From NCBI GenBank assembly GCA_963767005.1, contig CAVYCN010000019.1, forward strand, positions 108,080 to 172,079: a stretch of DNA of 64,000 nt, written 5' to 3'. The stretch comes from an uncultured Actinomycetes bacterium. Its GTDB lineage: Bacteria; Actinomycetota; Thermoleophilia; UBA2241. This document shows positions 10,769 to 21,687 of the stretch, in pieces. Below the pieces are notes generated by a model. The model saw only the letters and a list, made by a program, of their open reading frames with translations. It was not told the DNA's origin and ran no database searches. Numbering within the stretch: position 1 is the first letter of the stretch; the number at the start of each line of letters is the position of its first letter. A program made the translations under genes and the position numbers.

Positions 10769-11804
10769 TCAACGGAAGATGAACCCTTCCCCGACGGGGT
10801 CGTCGGGGTCGACGAAGAAGGTGGCCGTACCGGTAAGGAAGGCCGCGCCCGTGACCTCGGGCACGACGGCCCGGTGACGACCGACGCCTGAGCGCGCGAC
10901 GACGGACACGGCGAAGCACGTGCCGAGGATGCTCTCGATGACGATGGTCTCGCCGTCGCCGAGCTGGCCGGCATCATGCAGCAGGGCGGCCCGGGCGCTG
11001 ACCCCCGTGCCGGTCGGCGAGCGGTCGACCTCGCCCTCGGCAAAGACGCAGACGTGCCTGCTGTGGTGGCGCTCGTCGGCCGGCGGGCCGGTGAAGATGA
11101 CGCCGTAGAGGAAGCCCAGGTCGGGGGCGTTCGGGTCGTCGATCGTGAGCTGGGCCGCGACCGCCTGCTTGACCAGCTTTCCCACACAGACCAGGCGATC
11201 GTGCTGGCCTGGCACCAGCGACAGGCCGAGGTCGGCCGCGTCGCAGAAGGCGTAGTAGGCGCCGCCGAAGGCGACGTCGCAGACCGTCGTGCCGATGCCC
11301 TCGAGCCTCACGTCGACGCCGCGCCGGTAGACGAACGACGGCACGTTGGCGAAGCTCACCGTGTGCACGGTCCCGCCCGCCGCCGTCGCGCGGGCCACCA
11401 CGAGACCGGCCGGCGTGTCGGTTCTCACCGAGCGACTCGGCGCCCTCGCCGGCCGCGACCATGCCCGTCTCCAGGAGCACCTTCGTGAAGCCGATGATGC
11501 CGTGCCCGCACATGGTGCTGAAGCCCTCGTTGTGCAGGAACAGCACGCCGCAGTCGCTACCCTCCGTCACCGGGGCGGTCGGGATCGCGCCGTACATGTC
11601 GGCATGACCGCGCGGCTCCCACATCAGCGTCCGCCGCAGGCCGTCGAGATGCTCCTGGGCGTAGCGACGTTTGGCGAGCATCGTGTCGCCCGGGATCGGC
11701 GGCAGCCCCTCGACGATCACCCGCAGGGGCTCGCCGGCGGCGTGCACGTCGATGGTCCGCAGGACCGGTGAACCCCCGGGTACGTGCGGCGTGACCTGCG
11801 CCAT
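10769..11804 (-). pseudogene. Proline racemase / hydroxyproline epimerase / 3-hydroxyproline dehydratase superfamily protein (Cys/Thr catalytic pair), one frame break near 11430
   Basis: Reads [16 protein letters not shown]...[14 protein letters not shown]...[18 protein letters not shown] (first catalytic Cys), then [10 protein letters not shown]...[17 protein letters not shown] (Thr where racemases and epimerases have Cys). The ATG at 11804 overlaps the stop of the MtmB-like gene (ATGA). Confidence 0.8.
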
Positions 11805-13189
11805 CAGCCGTAGAAGGGCGGATCGCGGAACTGCAGCCCCATTGCTTCCAGACCTGCCCTTGCCTCTTCGTATGCCGCGCGGATCTCCGGGCCGGGGCGC
11901 CGCGTCGCTACCTCGTAGCAGTCCTGATAGCGCAGACCGAGCGGCGGGTCCTTGAGCTTGTCCTCGTAGGCGTCGAGCAGCCGCAGGACGATCGCGTTGA
12001 CCTCGGCCCGGGGCAGACCGACCACGGACCGCCCGACCTCGGCGGCAAGCAACGGCTCCGCCGGCGAGACGTGATCGGGGTGCGTGGCGCGCGCGGCGGG
12101 GCCGGCCTCGACGCTGCCGCCGCTCACCACGCAGGTTGCGGCCATCGCCGCCGCCTCGTACAGGCTCATCGTCGTCCCGGGCCCGGCCGCGTAGACACCC
12201 GACTCGAGACAGGGCACGTCGCTATGGGTGGTGACCGCCTGCATCGCCACCGACCGCACCCAGATGACGTCGCGGCCGGCGACGGACTGCGTCTCGAAGT
12301 GCGTCACGTACGGGTGCTGGACGGCGGCCTGAAGGACGAGCAGCGCGAAGAAGTGATAGGCGGCGAGCGTGATCGCACAGCCGGCCGGACCACCCGCGTA
12401 GCCGCCGATCACCTGCCCGGTGCCGCCCAGCACGTGGCGACCCTGCGAGCGTGCGAACGCGACCCGGCTCAGATTGTCGAAGTCGATCTTGAGCTCGGCG
12501 ATGTTGCCGATCTCGGTCACGTCGTGGCTGCCGGCGAGGGCGCCGCCGGCGATGTTCCCCTGCGCCTTGACGCCGGTCGGCACGAGGTTGGAGATGCCCA
12601 GACCGGGGCGCCCGGCGGCGTGGCGCGCCGCCTCCCGCGTCATGGCGACCGTGCGCAGGCACCCCTCGACCTCGAGAGGGCTGCCGGCGACGACCGGCAG
12701 GCCGTCGATCTGCGCCATCGCCGGCGAGGCGACGGCGTCGATGTGGGGCAGCTCGCAATAGGCTTGCGTGAGGCTCGCGAAGACGTCGTCGCTGGTGACC
12801 GCCGCGCCGCAGGCGCCGAGCGAGAAGAACGGCTCGATCGCGCTCTCGGGGCGGCGGGTCGGGATCGCCCTGGCCTGCTGCCCCTCGCCCAGGACGACGC
12901 CGCGCGGCGCTTCGGCCAGCGCCTGGTCGAGCTCGAGCTCGTCGAACGCGACCACTCGCTCGGTGTCGACGCAGTAGACCCCGACGCGCAGGAACAGCTC
13001 GCGGCCGGCCTGCCAGACGCGTTCGGCGAGGTCGTCGTCACTCGGGATCGGCGTCTCGGGCGTGTAGACGATCCCGTGCTTCTTGACGAGCTCGCGGACC
13101 GCCGGGATGAAGCGCTTGAGGTCGAAGTCGCCCTGGTTACAGATCTCGCCGCTCACGGCGCGGCGGTAGAAGTCGACGCTCGAGAGCAT
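11804..13189 (-). CDS. MtmB-family (monomethylamine methyltransferase-like) protein lacking pyrrolysine; intact 461 aa
   Basis: It aligns colinearly with Methanosarcina MtmB as I recall that sequence. Query [22 protein letters not shown]...[20 protein letters not shown] matches MtmB DFYDRAKVGEKCTQDDWDLMKI...GIYCTDTHRIV. Active-site loop [21 protein letters not shown] matches GRPGMGV-Pyl-GPETSLSAQGNI. C-terminus ...YQDCYEV...[13 protein letters not shown]. No in-frame stop. ATG 13189 is preceded by GAGGAG. Confidence 0.85.
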   Translation of the reverse strand: MLSSVDFYRRAVSGEICNQGDFDLKRFIPAVRELVKKHGIVYTPETPIPSDDDLAERVWQAGRELFLRVGVYCVDTERVVAFDELELDQALAEAPRGVVLGEGQQARAIPTRRPESAIEPFFSLGACGAAVTSDDVFASLTQAYCELPHIDAVASPAMAQIDGLPVVAGSPLEVEGCLRTVAMTREAARHAAGRPGLGISNLVPTGVKAQGNIAGGALAGSHDVTEIGNIAELKIDFDNLSRVAFARSQGRHVLGGTGQVIGGYAGGPAGCAITLAAYHFFALLVLQAAVQHPYVTHFETQSVAGRDVIWVRSVAMQAVTTHSDVPCLESGVYAAGPGTTMSLYEAAAMAATCVVSGGSVEAGPAARATHPDHVSPAEPLLAAEVGRSVVGLPRAEVNAIVLRLLDAYEDKLKDPPLGLRYQDCYEVATRRPGPEIRAAYEEARAGLEAMGLQFRDPPFYG

Positions 13190-13195
13190 CCGCCA

Positions 13196-13843
13196 TCAGC
13201 TCCTCTGGCGCCGGGCCAGGGCGACGGCGTCGGCCGCCGTCTCTCCGTAGCCGTCGGCCCCGATCTCGCGCGCCCACTCCGCGGTGACGGCCGCACCGCC
13301 GACCATGACGAAGAAGTCGTCCCTCCTGCCCGCCGCGGCCAGATGCTCGAGGACCTCGCGCTGCTGCGGGATGGTCGTCGACATGAGGGCGCACACGGCG
13401 ATCACCTCGGCGCGCGCATCGCCGGCGGCCGAGACAAAGCGCGACGCGGGAACATCGACGCCGAGGTCGACCACCTCGAACCCCGAGGCCTTCAGCATAG
13501 TGGCGACGATGTTCTTGCCGAGCGAGTGGATGTCGCCCTTGACGGTGCCGATCACGACCTTGCCCCTGGCGTCGGCGCGCGTGGCGCCCTCGAGCAGCGG
13601 CTCGACCAGGTCCATGCCGGCCTGCCAGGCTTCGGCCGCGAGCATCATCTCGGGCAGGTAGACCTCTTCGCGACGGAACTGCTCGCCGACCTCGCGGATG
13701 CCGGCCACGAGCCCGTCGTCGAGCAGGGCGCGCGGCGCAAGACCGGCCTCGAGACCCTCCCGTACGAGCGCCGGCACCCGGTCGAAGTCGGCCTCGACGA
13801 AGGCCGCCACGATGCGGCAACCCCCGCTCGGCCTGCGCATCAC
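13196..13843 (-). CDS. Cobalamin-binding corrinoid protein (MtmC/MtbC/MttC-like methyltransferase partner)
   Basis: The B12-binding DxHxxG motif lies in VVIGTVKGDIHSLGKNIVATMLKASGFEVVDLGVDVP. There is an N-terminal helical cap domain and a C-terminal Rossmann part ...VMVGGAAVT. Intact at 215 aa. It stops 6 nt before the MtmB-like start. Confidence 0.85.
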   Translation of the reverse strand: MMRRPSGGCRIVAAFVEADFDRVPALVREGLEAGLAPRALLDDGLVAGIREVGEQFRREEVYLPEMMLAAEAWQAGMDLVEPLLEGATRADARGKVVIGTVKGDIHSLGKNIVATMLKASGFEVVDLGVDVPASRFVSAAGDARAEVIAVCALMSTTIPQQREVLEHLAAAGRRDDFFVMVGGAAVTAEWAREIGADGYGETAADAVALARRQRS

Positions 13844-14021
13844 TCATACCGTACCTTCCTGTCGTTCCGTCACGTCGAGGTCAGGGGTCCCGCCGGCCCA
13901 GTGCAGACACCGGCCAGCAGCGGTCGGCCGCAGTCGCGGCCGCCGGCCAGGGTCCACGAGGCGCCGCTCCACGAGCGTCGCCGGGGAGTCCGAGTACTTC
14001 CCGTGAGGCCTTCGTGTCGCT

Positions 14022-15939
<1,918 letters not shown>

Positions 15940-15943
<4 letters not shown>

Positions 15944-16830
15944 ATCACTGCCAACCGGCTCAGCTCGTCGCCGGCGAGGACCCGCGACAGGGCATCGGCG
16001 GTGAGGTTGAGTGACACGGCCAGGCACGTGATGCCGAGCGCCGGCAGCATGGTGCCCCACGGCGCCACGGTGATCAGGGCACGGTTCTCGGCCACCATCA
16101 GCCCCCAGTCCGGCGTCGGCGGCTGCACGCCGAGGCCGAGGAAGCTGAGCGTGGCGACGAACAGGATGCCGTAGGTGAGCCGCAGGCCGAACTCGGCGAG
16201 GGTCGGCCCCGAGACGTTGGGCAGCACCTCGCGGAAGATGATCGACAGGTCCCGTTCGCCGCGCGCCTGCGCGGACAGGACATAGGGGTTGACGATCACC
16301 GACTGGGCCGTGCCGCGCACCACCCGCCCCATGCCCGGCGCGTACACGAGCGCGACGACAGTGATCAGCACCGTATCGGAGGAGCCGACCGCGCCGATGA
16401 TCACGAGCACGATGAGCAGCGGCGGCAGGGTGAGCATCACGTCGAACACCTTGGAGATCACGACGTCGGGCCAGCGGCCCCAGTAGGCGGCGAACAGGCC
16501 GAGGCTGCCGCCGACGATGAGCGAGAGCGTCACGGCGACGAGCGGGATGAGCAGCACGGTCACGCCGCCGTGCAGGAAACGGCTCAGGACGTCGCGCCCG
16601 AGGGCGTCGGTACCGAACCAGTGCGCCGCCGACGAGGGCGAGCCCGGAGCGCCGGCGTCGTAGTTCGTGCCGGGCCCGAAGAAGCGGCCGAGCACGATGA
16701 GCCCGATCATGAAGGCGCCCAGGCCGATGCCGATCTTGCCTTCCGTGGTCTGCAGCACGCCGCGGAGCACGCTGCGCCGCGGTGCGACGCTCGCCACGGA
16801 AGCGGCGGCCGATGATTCTGCAATGCTCAT
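15940..16830 (-). CDS. ABC transporter permease (DppC/OppC-like)
   Basis: Intact 296-aa polytopic protein with HWFGTDALGRDVLSRFLHG and the EAA-type loop YVLSAQARGERDLSIIFREVLPN. Confidence 0.85.
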
Positions 16831-16833
16831 CTC

Positions 16834-17874
16834 TCAGCCGTTCCTGAGTCGGGGGTTGTAGAAGGTCACAAGGACGTCGGCGGCGACTCCGATGGCGATG
16901 AAGAGGACGCCACAGAGCATCGCGACCGCCTGGACCACGAGCAGATCGCCGTCGGCGATGGACTGGACGAGCAGCGTGCCCATGCCCGGGAAGCCGAACA
17001 CGTTCTCGACGATGATGACACCACCGACGAGCCAGATCAGGTCGAGGGCCACGGCGTTGATGATCGGGCCCGAGGCGTTCGGCATGAGGTGCTTGTAGAC
17101 GATGGTGCGACGCGACAGTCCGCGCAGGACCGCCGCGCGCGCGTAGGGTGTCGTCATCGTCTCGCGCACGGAGACCTGCGTGAGCCGCGAGATGTGCGGC
17201 AGCAGCGAGATCACCAGCGTGGTGGTCGGCAGGATGAAGGCCTGGATCTTGCCGGACACCCCCCCGAACGACATGCCGGTGCTGTCGACCGGTGTCAGGC
17301 CGAGCTTCACGGACAGCGCGTAGATCAACACGATGCCGATGACGAAGACCGGGATCGCGGCCACCGACACGTTCATGATGGAGAGGCTGAGCTCGCGCAC
17401 CCGCGAGCCGGGTCTGGCAAGGTAGACGCCGAAGGCGATCGCGATCGGCAGGGCGACGATGATCGAGGTCAGCGCCAGGATGAACGTATTGACGAACTTC
17501 GGCATGACGATGCCGCTCACGGGATCGTTCGTGACCGCCGACGTGCCCCAGTCGCCGTGCAGGAACCCGACGAGCCACTGCTCGTACTGCACGATCACCG
17601 GCCGGTCGAGCCCGTGCGCGCGGTTGAAGTCGGAGAGCTGCTGCGGCGTGGCCTGGCGACCGAGGACGCGGCGCGCCACGTTGATGCCCAGCACGTGCGT
17701 CGAGGCGAAGACGATCAGCGAGATCAGCAGCAGCGTGACCAGGGCGGGAATGAGGCGCGACCGCACGAGCAGCCACGCCACCGACGCCGCACCCCCCCTG
17801 CCGGGGGGTGCGGCGAACGCTTCGGTGGAAGCCAGCGCCGCCTCGGGTAGAGACGGTTCCGAACCTTCCGTCAT
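16834..17874 (-). CDS. ABC transporter permease (DppB/OppB-like)
   Basis: Intact polytopic ORF with RVLGRQATPQQLSDFNRAHGLDRP and YARAAVLRGLSRRTIVYKHLMPNA. I prefer the ATG at 17874 (ATGA overlap with the SBP stop) over the track start at 17889. Confidence 0.85.
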   Translation of the reverse strand: MTEGSEPSLPEAALASTEAFAAPPGRGGAASVAWLLVRSRLIPALVTLLLISLIVFASTHVLGINVARRVLGRQATPQQLSDFNRAHGLDRPVIVQYEQWLVGFLHGDWGTSAVTNDPVSGIVMPKFVNTFILALTSIIVALPIAIAFGVYLARPGSRVRELSLSIMNVSVAAIPVFVIGIVLIYALSVKLGLTPVDSTGMSFGGVSGKIQAFILPTTTLVISLLPHISRLTQVSVRETMTTPYARAAVLRGLSRRTIVYKHLMPNASGPIINAVALDLIWLVGGVIIVENVFGFPGMGTLLVQSIADGDLLVVQAVAMLCGVLFIAIGVAADVLVTFYNPRLRNG

Positions 17875-19493
17875 GCGTAGAACCCGCACTGCCGGAAGTC
17901 GAGCATGGAGAACGTCCAGGGTACGACCCTGGTGCCGACCCTCGAGGTCCAGAGGCGATTGAGGTAGGCGGGGATCATCTCGCCGCTGCCGCCGTCACCG
18001 GAGGCCATCCATTCGCAGCACTCGGTGGTCGCCGCCGTGAGCGCGTCGCCGGTCGACGCGTACGCCTTGGTGAGCAGCGCGTCCATCTTGGCGCTCTTCC
18101 ACTTGGACTCGTTCCACGGCGCGCTGCTCTGGCAGTTGAGCGCCATGGTCTCGACGGGATGACGCCGGTTCCAGTCGTCGACGCAGAACGGATCCTTCAT
18201 CCACACCGTGTCCCAATAGGTGTCGGCCGGGATCTGCTTGACGGTGATGCGGAAGGGCGAGCCCTTGGTCGCGGCCGCGAAGGCCAGGCTGAAGTTGGCG
18301 TGCAGCGCGTCGCCGGGGGCCTTCAGGTTCAGGTCGATGCCGCTGGCGTAGCCGGCCTCGGTCATGAGCTGGGTCGCCTTGGCGCGATCCATCTTCGTCG
18401 TCGCGATCAGCGTGTCGTTCATGAACGGGTCGTCCATCGCGACCCAGGCGTCGGGCGACGCGAACCCCTGCCCGCCGTAGGCGATGTTGATGACGTTGTC
18501 GCGGTCGATCGAGAGCTTGAGGGCCTGGCGCACCCGGGGGTCGCTGAACGGCTTGGTCGTACAGTCGCACACGACGCAGTACGTGATGCCCTTCTCGTAG
18601 GGGTTGACCTGCAGCTTGGAGTTGGCCTTGACCACGGCGAGCTGGTCGAACGAGACCTGGGTCACGCTCGCCGCGCCCGACGCGACCGACTGCAGCTTGG
18701 TCGACTCTTCGGGGTCCTGGATGCCGCGCACGGTGTCGACGATCGGATAGCCCGTCATCCAGTAGGCCGGGTTCTTGTCGACCTCGAAGGACTGACCTTC
18801 GTTGTAGAACTTGAGCTTGAACGGGCCGGTCCCGATCCCCTTGGCGTAGTCGGCTTCCTTGCTGTTCGCCTTGACGAGGTAGCACTGCTGGTTGGACAGC
18901 GCCAGCAGCAGGAGCGAGTCGGGGCGCTTGAGCTTGAGCTTGAGCGTCAGGTCGTCGACGACGACGACGCCGTTCTTGTCGATGCTCGAGTCGAGACGCT
19001 GCATCATGCCCGAGCCGCCCTCGGGCGACATGATCCGCTCGATCGACCAGGCGGCGTCCTTCGCCGTGAACGGCGTGCCGTCGTGCCAGGTGACGTTGGG
19101 GCGCAGATGGAAGGTGTACTCCGTGAGCTCGGGATTGACGTCCCAGGTCTGCGCCAGGCGCGGCACCGGCTGGAACTTGAAGTCGTAGGACACAAGACCT
19201 TCGCGCAGCATGCCCTCGAGCGCGTCCTGGCCGTCGTCGATGTTCTTGAGCGGATCGAGGCCGTCCTTGGGGAACAGCTGATCGGTCGCGAACGTGAAGA
19301 CCCCGCCGCGCTTGATGGCCCTCGACGAGGCCGTCGGCGCGGCGCCCGTCCCTGAACCGCTGCTCCCGCAAGCGGCCAGCAGGCCGGAGCTTGCGAGCCC
19401 CGCTCCCAGGCCGACGACAGCGCCGGCCTGCAGCAGTTGACGCCGCGTCAGGCGTACGCCCAGGGGGCCTTCTGCTTCACCTCGTGACTTCAC
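17871..19493 (-). CDS. ABC transporter substrate-binding lipoprotein, family 5 (peptide/opine/nickel type)
   Basis: The N-terminus RRQLLQAGAVVGLGAGLASSGLLAACGSS has a twin-arginine and a lipobox. Size is 540 aa, with typical family-5 segments (KNPAYWMTGYP, GIDLNLKAPGD). GTG 19493 is preceded by GGGAGG. Confidence 0.85.
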   Translation of the reverse strand: MKSRGEAEGPLGVRLTRRQLLQAGAVVGLGAGLASSGLLAACGSSGSGTGAAPTASSRAIKRGGVFTFATDQLFPKDGLDPLKNIDDGQDALEGMLREGLVSYDFKFQPVPRLAQTWDVNPELTEYTFHLRPNVTWHDGTPFTAKDAAWSIERIMSPEGGSGMMQRLDSSIDKNGVVVVDDLTLKLKLKRPDSLLLLALSNQQCYLVKANSKEADYAKGIGTGPFKLKFYNEGQSFEVDKNPAYWMTGYPIVDTVRGIQDPEESTKLQSVASGAASVTQVSFDQLAVVKANSKLQVNPYEKGITYCVVCDCTTKPFSDPRVRQALKLSIDRDNVINIAYGGQGFASPDAWVAMDDPFMNDTLIATTKMDRAKATQLMTEAGYASGIDLNLKAPGDALHANFSLAFAAATKGSPFRITVKQIPADTYWDTVWMKDPFCVDDWNRRHPVETMALNCQSSAPWNESKWKSAKMDALLTKAYASTGDALTAATTECCEWMASGDGGSGEMIPAYLNRLWTSRVGTRVVPWTFSMLDFRQCGFYA

Positions 19494-19835
19494 TGGTTAC
19501 CTCCCTGTCGTCGTCGTGCTCGGGGACGATGTGTGGGGAACGGGCCGGGACCCTGGAACGAACCTGTGCGCTCCCCCCGGATGCGCGGACCGCGCCGGAA
19601 GCTCGTCGCGCCACCTGCGGCGGCGCCTTCTGCTACCCGGCCGCGGGGTCGGCTCACGTCATGGACCCTCCTTTGCGGAATGTCTGAACGGCTGCGGCTT
19701 GCCGGGCCTGTGTGGCGTACACTTCTGGTATGCGCAGAGTATGCGTAGCCCTCCGTGGTCGTCAAGAACGTCGTGCAGCGAGGTTCGCGGGACCTCCTGA
19801 TCGGACCGGGGCGCGGCGTCGCGAAAGGAGAGACC

Positions 19836-20750
19836 GTGGGTGAGAAGGTCGGGTTCATCGGGCTCGGTATCATGGGCCGGCCGATGGCGAGGAACCTGCT
19901 GAAGGCCGGTCACGACCTCGTGGTGCTCGACGTCGACCCGCGCGCCGTGGCGGCGCTGGTCGCCGACGGGGCCCGGGGTGCCGCGTCGCCGGCCGAGGTG
20001 ACCGACCGCGCGCCGTGGGTCGTCACGATGCTGCCCGGCGGGCCGGCGGTCGAGGAGGTCGTCCTGGGGGCCGACGGGGTGCTCACCGCCGCCCGGGCGG
20101 ACACCGTGCTGGTCGACATGAGCAGCACGTCGCCCGGCACCGCCAGGACCGTCGCCGCGGCCCTCGAGGCGCGCGGCGCCTCGTCCCTCGACGCTCCGGT
20201 CAGCGGCGGCGAGCCGGGCGCGGTGTCCGGTGAGCTCGTGATCATGGCCGGAGGGCAGCCCGACGTGTTCGCGGCGGCCGCGCCGCTCTTCGCGGCGCTC
20301 GGAAAGCGCGCCGTGCTGGTCGGACCGAGCGGCGCCGGCCAGACCGCGAAGCTGGTCAACCAGCTCCTCGTCGCCGCCCACCTCGAAGCCATGGCGGAGG
20401 GCCTCGCGCTGGCCTCGAGCGCGCACGTCGACCCGCGCCTGGTCCTGGAAGCGATCAGCGGCGGGCTCGCCGATTCGGCCGTGCTCGCCGCCAAGGGTCC
20501 GCTGCTCCTCGCTCGCGACTTCGCGCCCGGCGCCAGGATCGAGATCCATCGCAAGGACATGAAGAACGTGCTCGCCGCGGCCCGCGACCTGGGGCTGACG
20601 CTGCCGGTCGCAGAGCTGCTCGAGGTCATGTTCGACACGCTGGTCGGACAGGGCAAGGGTGGGCTCGACCACGTCGCGCTGGCGCAGGTCGTCGAGGCCA
20701 TGAACGGCATCGAGATCGGCGGCGCCGGCAGGCTCGGCTACCTCCCTTGA
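19836..20750 (+). CDS. NAD(P)-dependent 3-hydroxyacid dehydrogenase (3-hydroxyisobutyrate / tartronate-semialdehyde reductase family)
   Basis: Rossmann motif KVGFIGLGIMGRPMARNLLKAGH, then DAPVSGGEPGA and GAGQTAKLVNQLL. GTG 19836 is preceded by AAAGGAGAG. Intact. Confidence 0.8.
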   Translation: MGEKVGFIGLGIMGRPMARNLLKAGHDLVVLDVDPRAVAALVADGARGAASPAEVTDRAPWVVTMLPGGPAVEEVVLGADGVLTAARADTVLVDMSSTSPGTARTVAAALEARGASSLDAPVSGGEPGAVSGELVIMAGGQPDVFAAAAPLFAALGKRAVLVGPSGAGQTAKLVNQLLVAAHLEAMAEGLALASSAHVDPRLVLEAISGGLADSAVLAAKGPLLLARDFAPGARIEIHRKDMKNVLAAARDLGLTLPVAELLEVMFDTLVGQGKGGLDHVALAQVVEAMNGIEIGGAGRLGYLP

Positions 20751-20876
20751 CAGCCTCCGGCTTGCCACCTACGATGTGCATACACACCGTATACGATTCC
20801 GCCAGCGAGGTGATTGTGTACGTCCCTGCCCATCATCGTCCCGTCAACGTCCCTCCGCCCGAAAGGTCTTGCTGAC

Positions 20877-21545
20877 ATGGCCAGGAGCATGGCTTCCGCA
20901 GGCAACGCCGGTCAGTACGAGCGCGCCAGCGACACGGCGCTGCGGGAGTTGCGCCGGATGATCATCACGCTGGAGCTCGCCCCCGGCGAGGCCATCACCG
21001 AGGAGAGCCTGGGCGCCCGCCTGAAGTGCTCGCGCACGCCGATCAGAGAGGCGCTGCAGCAGCTCGTGCGCGAGCACCTCGTGGTCGCCACGCCTCACCG
21101 CGGGGTGTCGGTGGCGACGCTCAACCTGACCGACTTCTTCGCCATGCTCGAAGCCACCGAGGCGGTCGACGCGACCCTCATGCGGCTGGCCGCCGAGCGG
21201 CTGACCGACGAGCAGATCGCCGAGCTCGACGAGCTCCTGCGACAGTCCGACGAGGCCGAGGCGGCCGGCGACTTCGAGCAGGTCGTGGAGCTCGACTTCC
21301 AGTTCCACAGCGTCATCGCGACCGGCTCGTCCAATCACTTCCTGATCGAGTTCCACGACACCCTCCACCGTCTCTCGACGCGCTTCGTGTTCCTCGGCTT
21401 CAGGCGCGCCGGCACGGCGGCCGGCGCGATCGAGGATCACCGCGTGATGCTCGAAGCGCTCCGCGCCCGCGACGCCGACCGCGCCGAGAGTGCCGCACGC
21501 GCGCACTGCCGTCACGCCCGCGAGCGCATGATGGCCGGGCTCTGA
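20877..21545 (+). CDS. GntR-family transcriptional regulator with FCD domain
   Basis: HTH region reads ITEESLGARLKCSRTPIREALQQLVREHLVVATPHRG. FCD helices read FQFHSVIATGSSNHFLIEFHDTL...HRVMLEALRARDADRAESAARAH. Intact. ATG 20877. Confidence 0.85.
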   Translation: MARSMASAGNAGQYERASDTALRELRRMIITLELAPGEAITEESLGARLKCSRTPIREALQQLVREHLVVATPHRGVSVATLNLTDFFAMLEATEAVDATLMRLAAERLTDEQIAELDELLRQSDEAEAAGDFEQVVELDFQFHSVIATGSSNHFLIEFHDTLHRLSTRFVFLGFRRAGTAAGAIEDHRVMLEALRARDADRAESAARAHCRHARERMMAGL

Positions 21546-21575
21546 GACCGTCCGCGGCCGGCCCCGTCAGGTCCT

Positions 21576-21601
21576 AGAAGCGGCGGGGCGTGCCCGCTTC
21601 T
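21576..21601 (+). terminator. Hairpin after the second gntR gene
   Basis: AGAAGCGG (21576-21583) pairs with CCGCTTCT (21594-21601), with a 10-nt loop. It lies 30 nt after the stop at 21545. Confidence 0.4.
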
Positions 21602-21687
21602 GTCCACCGTTGCCACAGGCCAACGCGACCGGGGAGATCAGACCGTGAAGAGACGCCATCTGGGACTTCGCAGACTCTCAGCAGTGG

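Noticed and set aside
7830-13189. Pyrrolysine (in-frame TAG) in the MttB-like or MtmB-like genes.
   Set aside because: The MtmB-like ORF is continuous, with a Ser/Asn at the Pyl position. The interruptions in the MttB-like gene are frame changes, not in-frame TAG codons. No pylTSBCD genes are in the window.
13844-14021. Possible cobalamin riboswitch in the 178-nt gap upstream of the corrinoid-protein gene. The minus strand contains GGGAAGUACUCGGACUCC and GCACUGGGCCGGCGGGA.
   Set aside because: There are only loose resemblances to the GGGAA...GGUG..AAUCC and GCCACUG elements. I could find no B12 box (AGxCAGGAxACCUGCC-like). cmsearch with RF00174 would settle it.
19640-19665. Two-codon mini-ORF (ATG ACG TGA) behind a strong AAAGGAGGG on the minus strand, in the leader of the ABC importer operon.
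   Set aside because: It is too short to evaluate and probably a chance occurrence. I have no supporting structure or conservation evidence.
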